Below, one piece after another: positions 47,242 to 57,350 of a stretch of 64,000 nucleotides of DNA (the stretch's first letter is position 1; each line of letters starts with the position of its first letter). The stretch is taken from positions 960,001-1,024,000 of the forward strand of contig OZ218778.1 in the NCBI GenBank assembly GCA_965112635.1, in the 5' to 3' direction. The DNA comes from an uncultured bacterium (GTDB lineage Bacteria > Oederibacteriota > Oederibacteriia > Oederibacteriales > Oederibacteriaceae). The notes beneath the pieces were generated by a model. That model did not search any database. It saw only the letters and a list, made by a program, of their open reading frames with translations, and was not told where the DNA came from. A program made the position numbers and the translations under genes.

Positions 47242-49377
47242 ATGAGTTTGATGGTTACAGAAACACCCATAACAACTTTAAAAGCTGAAGAACCACGCTC
47301 AACCTTTTCCCAAAGCCACTGGGAGTGGTTTGGGCTGGCCATGATCGTTCTTGTAGCAGCCGGTATGCGCTTATGGAAGCTTGGCCAGAATAGCTTTGGC
47401 AACACTTACTACTCCGCGGCCGTGCGCAGCATGTCTCAAAGCTGGCACAATTTTTTTTTCGCTTCCTTTGACCCGGCGGGATATGTGACTGTGGACAAAC
47501 CTCCTGTGGCGCTATGGGTGCAGGTGGCCAGTGTTAAGCTTTTCGGCTACAGCAGCTTTATCGTCCTTTTGCCGCAGGTTCTAGAGGGATTGCTTTCCGT
47601 GGTATTGGTGTACTACCTGGTTCGCCGCCGTTTCGACACCTGGGCAGCTCTTCTGGCCGGCTTGGCCATGGCCGTCGCACCTATTTGCGTGGCCATTGAC
47701 CGTTATAACAATGTGGATAGTTGTCTGGTGACCGTATTAATGCTGGCGGCGTGGGCGGTCAGCCTTGCCGCGGAGACCGGCAGCCTGAAGCTTTTACTGC
47801 TGGCCCTGGGGCTGGTGGGTGTAGGTTTTAATGTCAAGATGATGGCCGCGTTTGTCGTACTTCCTGTTTTTTATATATTGTATTTTACTGGAGCGCCTGT
47901 TACTTGGAAAAAACGGTTGATGGATCTGACCCTGGCTTCTGTTGTCTTGGTCACAGTAGCCTTGTCCTGGCCCTTGTTTGTGGACTTGACCCCGCCTGAC
48001 CTACGGCCGTTTGTCGGAAGCACCCAGGATAACTCCATGATAAGTCTGTCCCTTGGCTGGAACGGTTTTCAGAGACTGTTGTCCCGGCGCCGCGGCAATC
48101 TGGCAGGTCTTGAAGAGGAACGGGTCATCTCTCCGGTGCCCAGGTCGACCCCTGCTGCCCAGGGATTCCGAAATTCCGGCAACCGCAATTTTAATAGGCG
48201 GGGCGAATTTATGGGATCCGGAACTCCAGGCCCGCTCCGGCTCGTTGAAAGACAAATGGCCGGACAAATATTATGGTTCTTTCCCCTTGCTTTGGTTGGA
48301 TTCCTAGTGGCATTACCGCAGACACGCCAGACTTGGCCTCTCTCGCCAGCGCATCAGGCTCTGTTGTTATGGGCCGGGTGGTTCCTTACTTACGCGCTCG
48401 TGTTCAGCTTTATGCGCGGGGCCATGCACACCTATTATCTGGTCATGCTCGCTCCGCCGTTGTCCGCTCTGGCTGGTATTGGCACCAGGTCCATCTGGCT
48501 TTCTTTCAAGAATAGTCGCTGGCTCTTGATGCCGCTCTCTCTCTTATTGACCGCAGTCTGGCAGGTGTATATTTTAATCCAATATCCGTCCTGGATGGTT
48601 TGGCTGCTACCTATACTGGTCGCGGGAACCGGCATCGCCGTAGTCTGTATGATAAGGCAGTGCCTCCTGGTCAGGAAGCAAGGCTCCAGCCGTTCCCTGT
48701 GCCCTGCCCTTTCCGTGGGACTCATCACTTTGTTCCTCTGTCCTGTGGCCTGGTCATTGACCCCGCTCCTGGCTAAACATGCCTCTCCGGAAGCCAACCC
48801 CGATCTGCTGGCCCAGAACCAGCCGCAGAATGCTCCTGGCTTTGGCTTTGGCAGTACGGAAATGAACAATGAAAAATTGGTGGCCTTTCTGCAGGCCAAC
48901 CGGCATGGGGAAAAATATATCATGGCGGCCCAGAGCGTCCAGCCGGTCGCTCCGATCATCATAAAAACCGGGGAACCGGCGGTATCGCTTGGCGGCTTTA
49001 TGGGAGGGGATCCTGTGGTCACGCTGGAACAGTTCATCCAGATGATCAAAAACCAACAACTCCGCTATATGATGCTTTCGGGTTTTGATCGCAGCAATAG
49101 GCCGGGCAACCAATATACCGCCCAGCCCCGTCCTAACGGCCAGAACAACTGGGGTTATGGAATGCCGAATGGTTACGGCGTGGATATTTCCAACTGGGTG
49201 AGAAAACACGGCAAACCGGTCAACCCCAAACTATGGCGGTCAGGGGAAGAAAATGCCAGGATCGCCGCTCTCATGGAAAAAGAACCTTTAAATGCCTCAA
49301 ATCCGTTCTTTGGGTCTCGGGGCGGGCGCCGGGGTGGAGGCACGCAACTTTATGACCTGGCGGGTGCCAGACCGTGA
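47242..49377 (+). CDS. GT-C membrane glycosyltransferase (ArnT/PMT-like, YkcB type)
   Basis: N.YYSAAV.SM.QSWHNFFFASFDP.G.VTVDKPP; many TM helices; GGF.G.DP. Confidence 0.88.
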   Translation: MSLMVTETPITTLKAEEPRSTFSQSHWEWFGLAMIVLVAAGMRLWKLGQNSFGNTYYSAAVRSMSQSWHNFFFASFDPAGYVTVDKPPVALWVQVASVKLFGYSSFIVLLPQVLEGLLSVVLVYYLVRRRFDTWAALLAGLAMAVAPICVAIDRYNNVDSCLVTVLMLAAWAVSLAAETGSLKLLLLALGLVGVGFNVKMMAAFVVLPVFYILYFTGAPVTWKKRLMDLTLASVVLVTVALSWPLFVDLTPPDLRPFVGSTQDNSMISLSLGWNGFQRLLSRRRGNLAGLEEERVISPVPRSTPAAQGFRNSGNRNFNRRGEFMGSGTPGPLRLVERQMAGQILWFFPLALVGFLVALPQTRQTWPLSPAHQALLLWAGWFLTYALVFSFMRGAMHTYYLVMLAPPLSALAGIGTRSIWLSFKNSRWLLMPLSLLLTAVWQVYILIQYPSWMVWLLPILVAGTGIAVVCMIRQCLLVRKQGSSRSLCPALSVGLITLFLCPVAWSLTPLLAKHASPEANPDLLAQNQPQNAPGFGFGSTEMNNEKLVAFLQANRHGEKYIMAAQSVQPVAPIIIKTGEPAVSLGGFMGGDPVVTLEQFIQMIKNQQLRYMMLSGFDRSNRPGNQYTAQPRPNGQNNWGYGMPNGYGVDISNWVRKHGKPVNPKLWRSGEENARIAALMEKEPLNASNPFFGSRGGRRGGGTQLYDLAGARP

Positions 49378-49417
49378 CTTTCCCAGAATGAAATATAAAA
49401 GCAAAGGAAAATAATTA

Positions 49418-50266
49418 ATGCAGTTAAAAAAAATTGTTCAACTTACCTCTTTATTTTTTTTATGCGCTTTTTACGCCGGTTGCGGCGGAATGGAAATCCG
49501 CAGCCAACGGCCTCAGCAGGAACTTAACCTCGATGGTAAAGACGGGGCCTGGGCCAAAGTGGACGGCCGTGAAGAAAATGACCTGACTATCAAGAGCGCG
49601 AACGACGATAAATTTTTGTATCTCTACCTATCCACGATAGCCTGGCGGGTAAAAACCCAGCTCCTGGGAGCATACCGGCAGAGCTTGACGGTTTGGTTTG
49701 ACCCGGATAACCAGGGGAAGAAGGCCAAAGGACTCCGTATCACCTTCCAGCCTCCTCTGGAAACTCCCTTTCCCAAGACCGACGAGGAAGAACGGCATTA
49801 TCTGGCTTCGTCTACGCGCACTGCCGAGGTATTGTGGATCGATGAAACCACTTACTCCAGCCCCCTTTCTTCTGGATCCGGGGAAACGGTCCTAGCTACG
49901 GGACTGGACCGTGGCGAGCTAGTCTATGAATTGAAAGTGCCGCTCCAGGCCGGGCATGACCATGCGTTTGCCGTGAATTCCCGGCCAGGAGGCACTCTCG
50001 GTGTGATCCTGGAAACCTCCCCGATTGATCCTAACTCCCAGCATCAGCAGGAAACGCACCATCAGCCAACAGCGGGCGGAGGAGGATATGGAGGAGAAGG
50101 TTCAGGAGGAGTTGGTTTTGGAGGTAGTGGTGGAGGTTCGGGAGGTGGTGGCGGCAGGGGTGGTCATGGAGGCAGACACGGGGGAGGCAAGGGCGGCGGT
50201 AAGGGCGGAGCATCACCTCTACCTGATCCCTTTGTAATTCATTTTTCCCTGAAACTGAACCCATAA
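49418..50266 (+). CDS. Lipoprotein with Gly-rich C-terminal region
   Basis: Lipobox YAGC; YELKVPL; Gly-rich tail. Confidence 0.7.
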   Translation: MQLKKIVQLTSLFFLCAFYAGCGGMEIRSQRPQQELNLDGKDGAWAKVDGREENDLTIKSANDDKFLYLYLSTIAWRVKTQLLGAYRQSLTVWFDPDNQGKKAKGLRITFQPPLETPFPKTDEEERHYLASSTRTAEVLWIDETTYSSPLSSGSGETVLATGLDRGELVYELKVPLQAGHDHAFAVNSRPGGTLGVILETSPIDPNSQHQQETHHQPTAGGGGYGGEGSGGVGFGGSGGGSGGGGGRGGHGGRHGGGKGGGKGGASPLPDPFVIHFSLKLNP

Positions 50267-50274
50267 AATCATCA

Positions 50275-50328
50275 CGATACAATATGATACAAAATTTTTA
50301 ATGCTTTAAACGATTTAAGTACTAAAAT
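50275..50328 (+). promoter_or_regulatory. Regulon promoter 3
   Basis: CGATACAATA-TGATACAAAA; TAAAAT at 50323. Confidence 0.6.
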
Positions 50329-50334
50329 TAAAGA

Positions 50335-50465
50335 CAGGTAGGAAAACGGCTGGACTGCTATGCAGAAGCCACGGATCGCTGAATGAATGAGGCGATCCAA
50401 AAGAGTGTACGTACGCTTTTAAACCGTTATCCTTACTGGTTTTATGACCGGTAAGGATTTTTTAT
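50335..50465 (+). ncRNA. Structured leader or sRNA ending in an intrinsic terminator
   Basis: Three hairpins, terminator 50429-50458 plus T run, alternative pairing 50338-50349 with 50424-50436. Confidence 0.5.
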
Positions 50466-50557
50466 TTTTAAGAAAATTTGGTGAAGTAACGATTCAATAC
50501 CGGAGCTGGATGAGGGGGATCACCAACTAATTAGTTTAGGAAGGGAGGTGAAAAATA

Positions 50558-51043
50558 ATGATTTCTCCGATCAATTCTTCAAATTATTTAAATAGTTTGA
50601 TCACACAACCGTCACAAAGTAAGTCGGTCAACAATACCGGGACTGGAGCGAATGATTTTGCAGACCTGTTGCTAAGTCAATTATCTAGCCAGGCGGGAAC
50701 TGGGGCTACTGGTACTACGAGTTCTACCCAGTCTGCGAATAATGGAACCGCTAATCCTGCAAATGCTGCCCAGGCTAGCTCTACGCAACCCAGCAAGGAG
50801 CAGCAGATCCTGGCCATGCTCAGAGAGATCGTGTCCGAGTTAGGGATCAAACATCATCACCACCATCACCACGGGGGAGCGAAAGGGGCCGAGTCTGCAA
50901 CCAATACTCAGACCCAGGGTTCCACGTCAACCAATCCAATTGCTACCAACACCCAGGGTTCAACCACGAGCAACACGGTTGCCTTGAATATAGTTAATAG
51001 TATCCAGGGGGCGGCAGGCGGTCAGTTGAATTCCCTGGTATAG
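50558..51043 (+). CDS. Low-complexity Ser/Thr/Gln/Asn protein with His7 tract
   Basis: GGGAGGTG RBS; KHHHHHHHGG. Confidence 0.7.
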   Translation: MISPINSSNYLNSLITQPSQSKSVNNTGTGANDFADLLLSQLSSQAGTGATGTTSSTQSANNGTANPANAAQASSTQPSKEQQILAMLREIVSELGIKHHHHHHHGGAKGAESATNTQTQGSTSTNPIATNTQGSTTSNTVALNIVNSIQGAAGGQLNSLV

Positions 51044-51262
51044 GTTTTTAACAGGACGGCTAGGCAAGGCAAGCTGGTGATACCCCTCACCCGTTCCGGT
51101 AATATGTATTTATAGTCAATGCAGTGGAAGAAAGCAGCAAAGCGATAGAACTCCGTTTTGCATAACCGGTAAAAGGCCAACAAGCTGGCGAAGATGACTG
51201 AGTAAGGGGACTTACTCACTTATAGGATTATTTTGAGAGTATTTAGGAAAGGGGAAATAGTA

Positions 51263-51397
51263 ATGAAAAATATTTTTAGAAATAAGTATTTGGTAGCGAT
51301 TGAGTTGTGTTTTATGCTTATCTTATCTTGCTCCAGCGCTTTTGCATGGCGTGGAGGACATGGGTCAAGGTATTACTGGCACGGGGGCAGATGGTGA
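51263..51397 (+). CDS. Small secreted Gly/Trp/His-rich peptide, possibly truncated
   Basis: Signal peptide ..SSAFA then WRGGHGSRYYWHGGRW-TGA; AGGGG RBS. Confidence 0.45.
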   Translation: MKNIFRNKYLVAIELCFMLILSCSSAFAWRGGHGSRYYWHGGRW

Positions 51398-51449
51398 TAC
51401 AGGGGAGGCTGGGAAGAGATGGAAAAACATATTTTATAGGAGGTAGGCT

Positions 51450-51605
51450 ATGGAAAATTATTACAATGTTATTATTGGAACTTTAATTATAATTCCTATT
51501 TTAATAGTAATTTTTCTTTTACTTCGGGAGTTCTGGTGCTGGTATTTTAAGATCAATAAAATTGTTACTTTACTTGAAAAGATTGAAAAAAATACCTCAA
51601 AGTAA
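51450..51605 (+). CDS. 51-aa single-TM microprotein
   Basis: ..IFLLLREFWCWYFKINKIVTLLEKI; AGGAGG RBS. Confidence 0.7.
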   Translation: MENYYNVIIGTLIIIPILIVIFLLLREFWCWYFKINKIVTLLEKIEKNTSK

Positions 51606-51702
51606 TATCTAGGAAAACCAAGAGAGATAGCTAGAGATTAACTTAAAATGATCAGAAGATAGAATATCTGTACCAAGTGAAACATTTTAAATTAGAACAG
51701 CT

Positions 51703-51753
51703 TCCCAAAGGGATCCTTATAGGAATCGCTGTGGCATGGAGTTGTTTTATTAA
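51703..51753 (+). promoter_or_regulatory. Second copy of the sigma54-like upstream element
   Basis: TATAGGAATCGCTGTGGCATGGAGTTGTTTTA, similar to 29934-29984. Confidence 0.45.
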
Positions 51754-52176
51754 GACCTTAGGATATATTTAAAAGTGAACCGGGTAGGCGTAGAAAAGTT
51801 GGTAACAACCACTAAAGTTACTAGTTGATGTAACGGGTATTATAGGAAATTTCGACCGTCTGTAAGCCCTACCCTTTCTCCGCACGCAATTTCTTATGTA
51901 GAAAATATGTATATTCGCGTAGTTTTGTTGGTAATAAAGTTATGTTTAGGCTCTTCCTCTTTATTAAGTCTTCTAGTATCCTTTTTATAAATCCTTAATA
52001 AATTATCTTGTATTTGAAAGGTTGTTTTTATGGAAGATATTAGGAAAATTAAAAAAGATATTGATGATGTAACTAATTTTTTTGAGAGTCTAAAAAGGGA
52101 AAGGGATATGACAATTGAACAACAGTTTAATAGAAAAAATGCAACTGAGGAATTAGAAAAATTAGGGGTGCTTAAT

Positions 52177-53611
52177 GATTATGTCAAGTTTTCGGGTGTA
52201 AGTTGTTAAGTCCACGGGTAGTAGGTTAAGCAACATTTAGCAAGCCTTCCTGAACCAGATCACCTCCTTGAGATTTCCAGAGTTTTCTTTTAGACCAATT
52301 ATCTTCCTGAGTGGTAGAAACAGACCAGACGATCTTAGCGACCTCCAATTCGGAGTGCATGGTGCCGGCAGCACGGGTGCGCCGTTTGATCTCGGCGATA
52401 AAGCGTTCGATGAGATTGCTGGAGCGGAGAGTGCGCCAGACATGCTGGGGTTCGTTCATGAAGGTGGTGAGGTTGTCGAACCTATCGAGAGCCATAGCCG
52501 TAGCTCTAGGATAGAGTTTCATCCAGCGAGCTTGGAGGCGGCCAAAGGCCTGGAGAGCCAGTTTGCGGGAATCGGCCCAATAGATAGCTTTGAAATCGTT
52601 AAGGAAGGCACCCCAGTCACGGCGAGGCATAATGGCTCTGAGGTTTCGGATCTTGTGGACCAGGCAGAGCTGGTGAGGGACAGCCAGGAGGTTTTTGACG
52701 GCCTGCTCAATGGCCTTGTGTTCATCGGAGATGACGAGCCTGAGGGTGTTGCGGTTAAGGCCTCTTTTGAGGAGGTCATTGATAAAAGCCTGCCAGGAGT
52801 CCAAGGACTCTCTATCGCCGAGAAGGAAACCCAGGACATGGCGATTGCCAAAGGAATCCATGCCTAGGGCGAGCAATAGAGCTTGTTTGGAGGTAAAACC
52901 AGGTCTTCTGACAGGCAGGTAGGCGGCGTCCAGGAGCAGGTAGGTGATGTTGGGAGGAATGGGACGATTCATCCACTGACGGATGGCTGGCTCCAAGGCG
53001 TTGGTGAGAGTGGAGACGGTGGAGTGAGAGAGCTTTGTGCCCAAAGCGGCATTTATCTCAGCGGCGGTAGAGCGAGTGGCAGCGCCTTTGAGCCAGAAGC
53101 GGATGGCGAGGAAGGAAGCCAGGCCTTTTCCAGCTTGTTTGAGGGCGGTAAGCAAGGGCGAGTGAAGGGACCCCTGGCGTAGAGCTGGTTTGTGCAGAAA
53201 AAGTCTGCCAAAAAAGCCGGGGACAGAGGTGGATTTAAAACCGTTTCTTTTAGGGCTGTTTTCAAGGCGTTCATAAGGCTGACGGCCCAAAAACTCGTCC
53301 CTTTCAGCCTCCAGTTGAATATCTAAAGCCTGGGCAATGATGGCATTGACCTCCTGGCCAATTACTTCCAGAGCGACACCGGGCTGAGCGATCTTCCTGA
53401 CTTTTTCTCTGATTTTCTGGTTCGTATAAATCTCAATTCTTTGGGATAATGACTTCACGGGTGTAGACCTCCTTTTAGTTTGGGTTTGGTGACCTAGACA
53501 ATCACCTAGTCTACGCCCGTGGACTTATTTTTGGGGCCGCAAGGTTAGATTGCTGCAATCTAACCTTGCCTTTCCCCTCGTTGAAGTTACACCCAGGAAT
53601 GGTACACAACC
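52177..53611 (-). mobile_element. IS256-family element copy 3 (1435 bp)
   Basis: Same TIRs as copy 1; TSD TGCTTAAT. Confidence 0.95.
52226..53458 (-). CDS. IS256 transposase
   Basis: Protein identical to the other copies. Confidence 0.95.
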   Translation of the reverse strand: MKSLSQRIEIYTNQKIREKVRKIAQPGVALEVIGQEVNAIIAQALDIQLEAERDEFLGRQPYERLENSPKRNGFKSTSVPGFFGRLFLHKPALRQGSLHSPLLTALKQAGKGLASFLAIRFWLKGAATRSTAAEINAALGTKLSHSTVSTLTNALEPAIRQWMNRPIPPNITYLLLDAAYLPVRRPGFTSKQALLLALGMDSFGNRHVLGFLLGDRESLDSWQAFINDLLKRGLNRNTLRLVISDEHKAIEQAVKNLLAVPHQLCLVHKIRNLRAIMPRRDWGAFLNDFKAIYWADSRKLALQAFGRLQARWMKLYPRATAMALDRFDNLTTFMNEPQHVWRTLRSSNLIERFIAEIKRRTRAAGTMHSELEVAKIVWSVSTTQEDNWSKRKLWKSQGGDLVQEGLLNVA

Positions 53612-54654
53612 TGCTTAATAGAATTAAGTTTGAAGAAACACATCATCAAATGATGTTAAAAATAATCGGAGTCGTACAGTTAGAAAAGTTAATAAAATTA
53701 CCATTTGCAAACGAACTTAATAAAATTGCATTGGAAAATATAAATGTAGATCTCTACCATGGAGGGAAGTATTTTGTCTTATCTAATTTGGTCGATTTTC
53801 TTAAAGGGTTTAGTGAAGCTGTTAATGAATGGGGCAAAGAAGATAAATCTGGTGAAGAGCTTTCAGTTAAAAGCGAGGTTGGTCCCGTAAAAGAAAAACA
53901 CAAAATAAATGATGAAATCGTGTCGGAAGTTATTTATTACAAAAAGCAAGGGCAATTAGTAATGAAGAGAAAAAATAATAAAGATATAGTATATGATTTT
54001 AGGGTGGGTAAAGGAAGCAGAATTATATTTGATTTTCTTGTAGAGAATCAGGGACAGTTTGTATCAATCCAAAGTCTTATTGATTGTTATAAGGCAGGAT
54101 ACAAAAACACAACAGAATATGCAAAAGGTGTGAAATCTGAAGCAAGTGAAAAGGATGAAGTGAAAGATAAAAATGTTTATAAGAAAACCGTAGAGAGGAT
54201 AATCAAGGAGGTAAAGTCCACGCTAGAAGAAAAAAAATTTCCAGAAATAATTGTTTCTAAGAATGCTAACCATAAACTTGATAGTTCAGTAAAATTAAGT
54301 TAAGAAGCTAATAGAAATTTTTATAAATAATAAGTCATGTAGATCTGTAACCTAAAGGTGTATTAAGTTAAGGCAATAGCTAATTCCTACCCATTCCCTA
54401 CCTAAAGTTAATAAAAATAATTTTATCATCACTATAAGCATTGCTTTAACAATCCTTTTATTACTTCTCGAATAAAACCCCTACCGGTTCTCTAGCCGAT
54501 ATTTGTTGCTCTGTTTGAAAAAATGATCCTTAGTTTCGCATGAGGAACAGAGCGGAACACCATAAACGATAATGGGTTTTGGTATTAAAGATTTATACCA
54601 TTTAGATCACCCACTTTTCGGTTAATGGATTCACGGCATTGAAAGGGTAAATAT

Positions 54655-57336
54655 ATGAAAAACAAAAACGGTATTAAAGGAGAAATAAATGACGGTGATC
54701 TGTTCAAGCAGATTGATATAAAGAAATTTTTTAGTGAAAGGGTAAAAGGTTTTAAGACAAACGGAAACGGACAAGCTACGGGTCACTGCCCGTTTCATGA
54801 TGATACTAACCCTTCTTTTAGTGTAAATATTATTGACGGTCTATGGATATGTCACGCTTGCGATGCCAAGGGAAATTTTTACCAGTTCGAAATGAAGCTT
54901 AGCAGCGTTGATTTTAAGACCGCTGTTAATAATGTTGAGAAATGGCATAACACCTCAAGCGCCAATTCTCAACCTAAACCTGTAATTAAAGCAACGTATG
55001 ATTATACAGATGAGAATGGGAACTCTTTATTTCAAACCGTCCGTTACGAACCTAAAGCATTCAAACAGAGGCGGTCCAATGGAAAGGGTGGCTGGATTTG
55101 GAATCGTAAGGGCGTTAAGAGCGTGCTCTATCACCTGCCTCAAATCAAAGCTGCCGATACCGTATATATAGTGGAAGGCGAGAAGGACAGCGAGACTCTA
55201 AGCGGTTTAGGATTAACTGCAACAACAAGCCCAATGGGTGCTGGAAATTGGAAGCCAGATTACAACTGTTATTTAAAAGACAAAAATATTGTCTGCCTCC
55301 CCGATAACGATTCAAAAGGTAAAAATCACATGGAAGAAGTAGCCGGGCAATTAAAGGGTGTTGCAAAGTCAGTCAAAGTTGTTCTCCTGCCAAACCTACC
55401 AGAGAAAGGCGACGTAACGGATTGGTTAGGCAAGGGTGGTACTAAAGAAGCTCTTGTTGAGCTTGTTCAACTAACACCAGAATGGGAGCCATCTGAAGAG
55501 CAACAAGGTGAAGAAACTAAGGTAGAGAAATCAAAGTTCAAAATACTAATGAAGATTGGGGAAAATCTTTCACTATTCCATGACCAATACAGAATTCCGC
55601 ATGGTTTTTTGGACGGAAACACAGTGCCTTTGACGGATATAGACTTTGGATGTTGGTTAAGCCATCAGTTCTATAAAAAAACAGGTCTAGGTTTAGGCAG
55701 TGAAACACTAAAACAGGCAATTAATACTTTGTCTGGAATTGCAATATTTGACGGAAAAGAATATGTCCTTGAAAATCGGGTGGCAAGTGACAAAGGTTGC
55801 TGTTGGTATGATATGGGCGATGATAGAGCTATAAAAATAACTGGCACAGGTTGGAAAATAGTTAAAGCACCAATACTATTTAAGCGGTATATGCATCAGA
55901 GGATTCAGGTTGACCCTATACCAAATGGAAATGTTAACCGGCTATTTGAACTGGTAAAAATTAATAAAAACGATCAACTTCTTTTTATTGTTTACGTAAT
56001 CACTTGTTATATCGCTGACTTTCCTCACCCAGTAATGCATTTGACTGGAGCGCAAGGAGCAAGCAAATCTACCGTTTGTTGCATATTAAAAAAGTTAATT
56101 GATCCATCCAAAGTTGAATTGCCAGAAATCCCTCGAGATAAACAGGAGCTTATCCAAACACTTTCTCATCACCATGTGAGCTACTTCGACAACCTTTCCG
56201 AGATTTCGGATTGGTTGTCTGACCTTCTTTGCCGTGCTGTTACTGGACTTTCTGCTGCTAAGCGTACGCTATATACAAATGATCAGGATTTTATTCTAAG
56301 TTTTAAGCGGTGCGTAGGTTTGAGTGGAATCACTGGGCTAATAAATAAACCGGATCTTTTGGATAGGGCTATCCCATTTTATCTAGAACCTATTACTGAA
56401 GAAGAGCGGATGGAGGAGTCTGTTTTATGGGAAAAGTTTGAGCAGATTCGACCTGAAATATTAGGGGGTATATTTGACTTAATATCTAAGGCCATCCAAA
56501 TTCATGCAACGATTAAAACGTCTAAGTTGCCTCGTATGGCAGATTTCGCTAAATGGGGCTTCGCAATAGCTGAGGCTTTGGGAGTTAATGGCGAAGTGTT
56601 CCTTAAACAATACAGAGCTAAGATTGAGACTCAGAATAACGAAGTATTGGAAGGCCATCTTCTAGCTAAAGCTGTCACGAATTTCATGGCAGATAAAACG
56701 GATTGGATAGGAACAGTCAAGGGGGCCTTGGAGGAATTAAAAAAACTGGTTGTAATTGAGAAAGGGGACGAGACATTTCCTAAAGCTTACAGGTCATTAA
56801 GGCCTTACCTTGAAACTATCAGAACAAACTTAATGGCAGTTGGAATTACTTATAAAATTAGTGATAAGCCAACTTCAGAGGGTTATCGAATTTGTTTTAA
56901 GAAGAACTTTTTTGGTTCAGAAATAGATTCATCTAAAAAAGCCTTGGAAACCAATAGTAATCAAGCAAATGAACTAAATGAACTAAATTCTTCTATATCT
57001 ATAGGTGCAGCAAAGAGCTGTGAGCAATTAGCTAGAGAGGAGATAGTTCTCCAAACAATGGTAGATGAAAAAAGGGCTGTTTGTTTTTGGTATATAGAAA
57101 ATATGGTTAAGAGCAAGGGCATTGATACAGAACTATTAAAAACTATTTTAAATCAATTGTTATTGGAGAAGCGAATATTAAGCAGGGATAATTTACTAAT
57201 TCAATATAATAATTGTTCGCGATTAGTTTATGGTCCATTTTATGAATACAATAAGACCTTTTCTCCCAAACCTGTTATACCTTCTCCTAGTCCTGTTACT
57301 CCACCCCTTGATCCTAACAGTACAATTAAGTTTTGA
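54655..57336 (+). CDS. Primase-helicase B: CHC2 zinc finger + TOPRIM + P-loop (SF3-like) domain
   Basis: CPFHDD...CHAC; VEGEKD, PDND; GAQGASKS, YFDN, DLLDR. Confidence 0.85.
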   Translation: MKNKNGIKGEINDGDLFKQIDIKKFFSERVKGFKTNGNGQATGHCPFHDDTNPSFSVNIIDGLWICHACDAKGNFYQFEMKLSSVDFKTAVNNVEKWHNTSSANSQPKPVIKATYDYTDENGNSLFQTVRYEPKAFKQRRSNGKGGWIWNRKGVKSVLYHLPQIKAADTVYIVEGEKDSETLSGLGLTATTSPMGAGNWKPDYNCYLKDKNIVCLPDNDSKGKNHMEEVAGQLKGVAKSVKVVLLPNLPEKGDVTDWLGKGGTKEALVELVQLTPEWEPSEEQQGEETKVEKSKFKILMKIGENLSLFHDQYRIPHGFLDGNTVPLTDIDFGCWLSHQFYKKTGLGLGSETLKQAINTLSGIAIFDGKEYVLENRVASDKGCCWYDMGDDRAIKITGTGWKIVKAPILFKRYMHQRIQVDPIPNGNVNRLFELVKINKNDQLLFIVYVITCYIADFPHPVMHLTGAQGASKSTVCCILKKLIDPSKVELPEIPRDKQELIQTLSHHHVSYFDNLSEISDWLSDLLCRAVTGLSAAKRTLYTNDQDFILSFKRCVGLSGITGLINKPDLLDRAIPFYLEPITEEERMEESVLWEKFEQIRPEILGGIFDLISKAIQIHATIKTSKLPRMADFAKWGFAIAEALGVNGEVFLKQYRAKIETQNNEVLEGHLLAKAVTNFMADKTDWIGTVKGALEELKKLVVIEKGDETFPKAYRSLRPYLETIRTNLMAVGITYKISDKPTSEGYRICFKKNFFGSEIDSSKKALETNSNQANELNELNSSISIGAAKSCEQLAREEIVLQTMVDEKRAVCFWYIENMVKSKGIDTELLKTILNQLLLEKRILSRDNLLIQYNNCSRLVYGPFYEYNKTFSPKPVIPSPSPVTPPLDPNSTIKF

Positions 57337-57350
57337 GGCGGGTGACTATT

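Larger units (their letters stand above)
52030..54303 (+). pseudogene. Protein with C-terminal OmpR-like winged helix, split by IS256 copy 3
   Basis: IS removal joins MEDIRK...LGVLN to RIKFEE... in frame (276 aa); C-terminal IFDFLVENQGQFVS...TVERII. Confidence 0.7.

Noticed and set aside
51045-51225. Possible second ncRNA after the His-tract gene
   Set aside because: Only one clear hairpin (GAGTAAG/CTTACTC); not enough structure to support a call.
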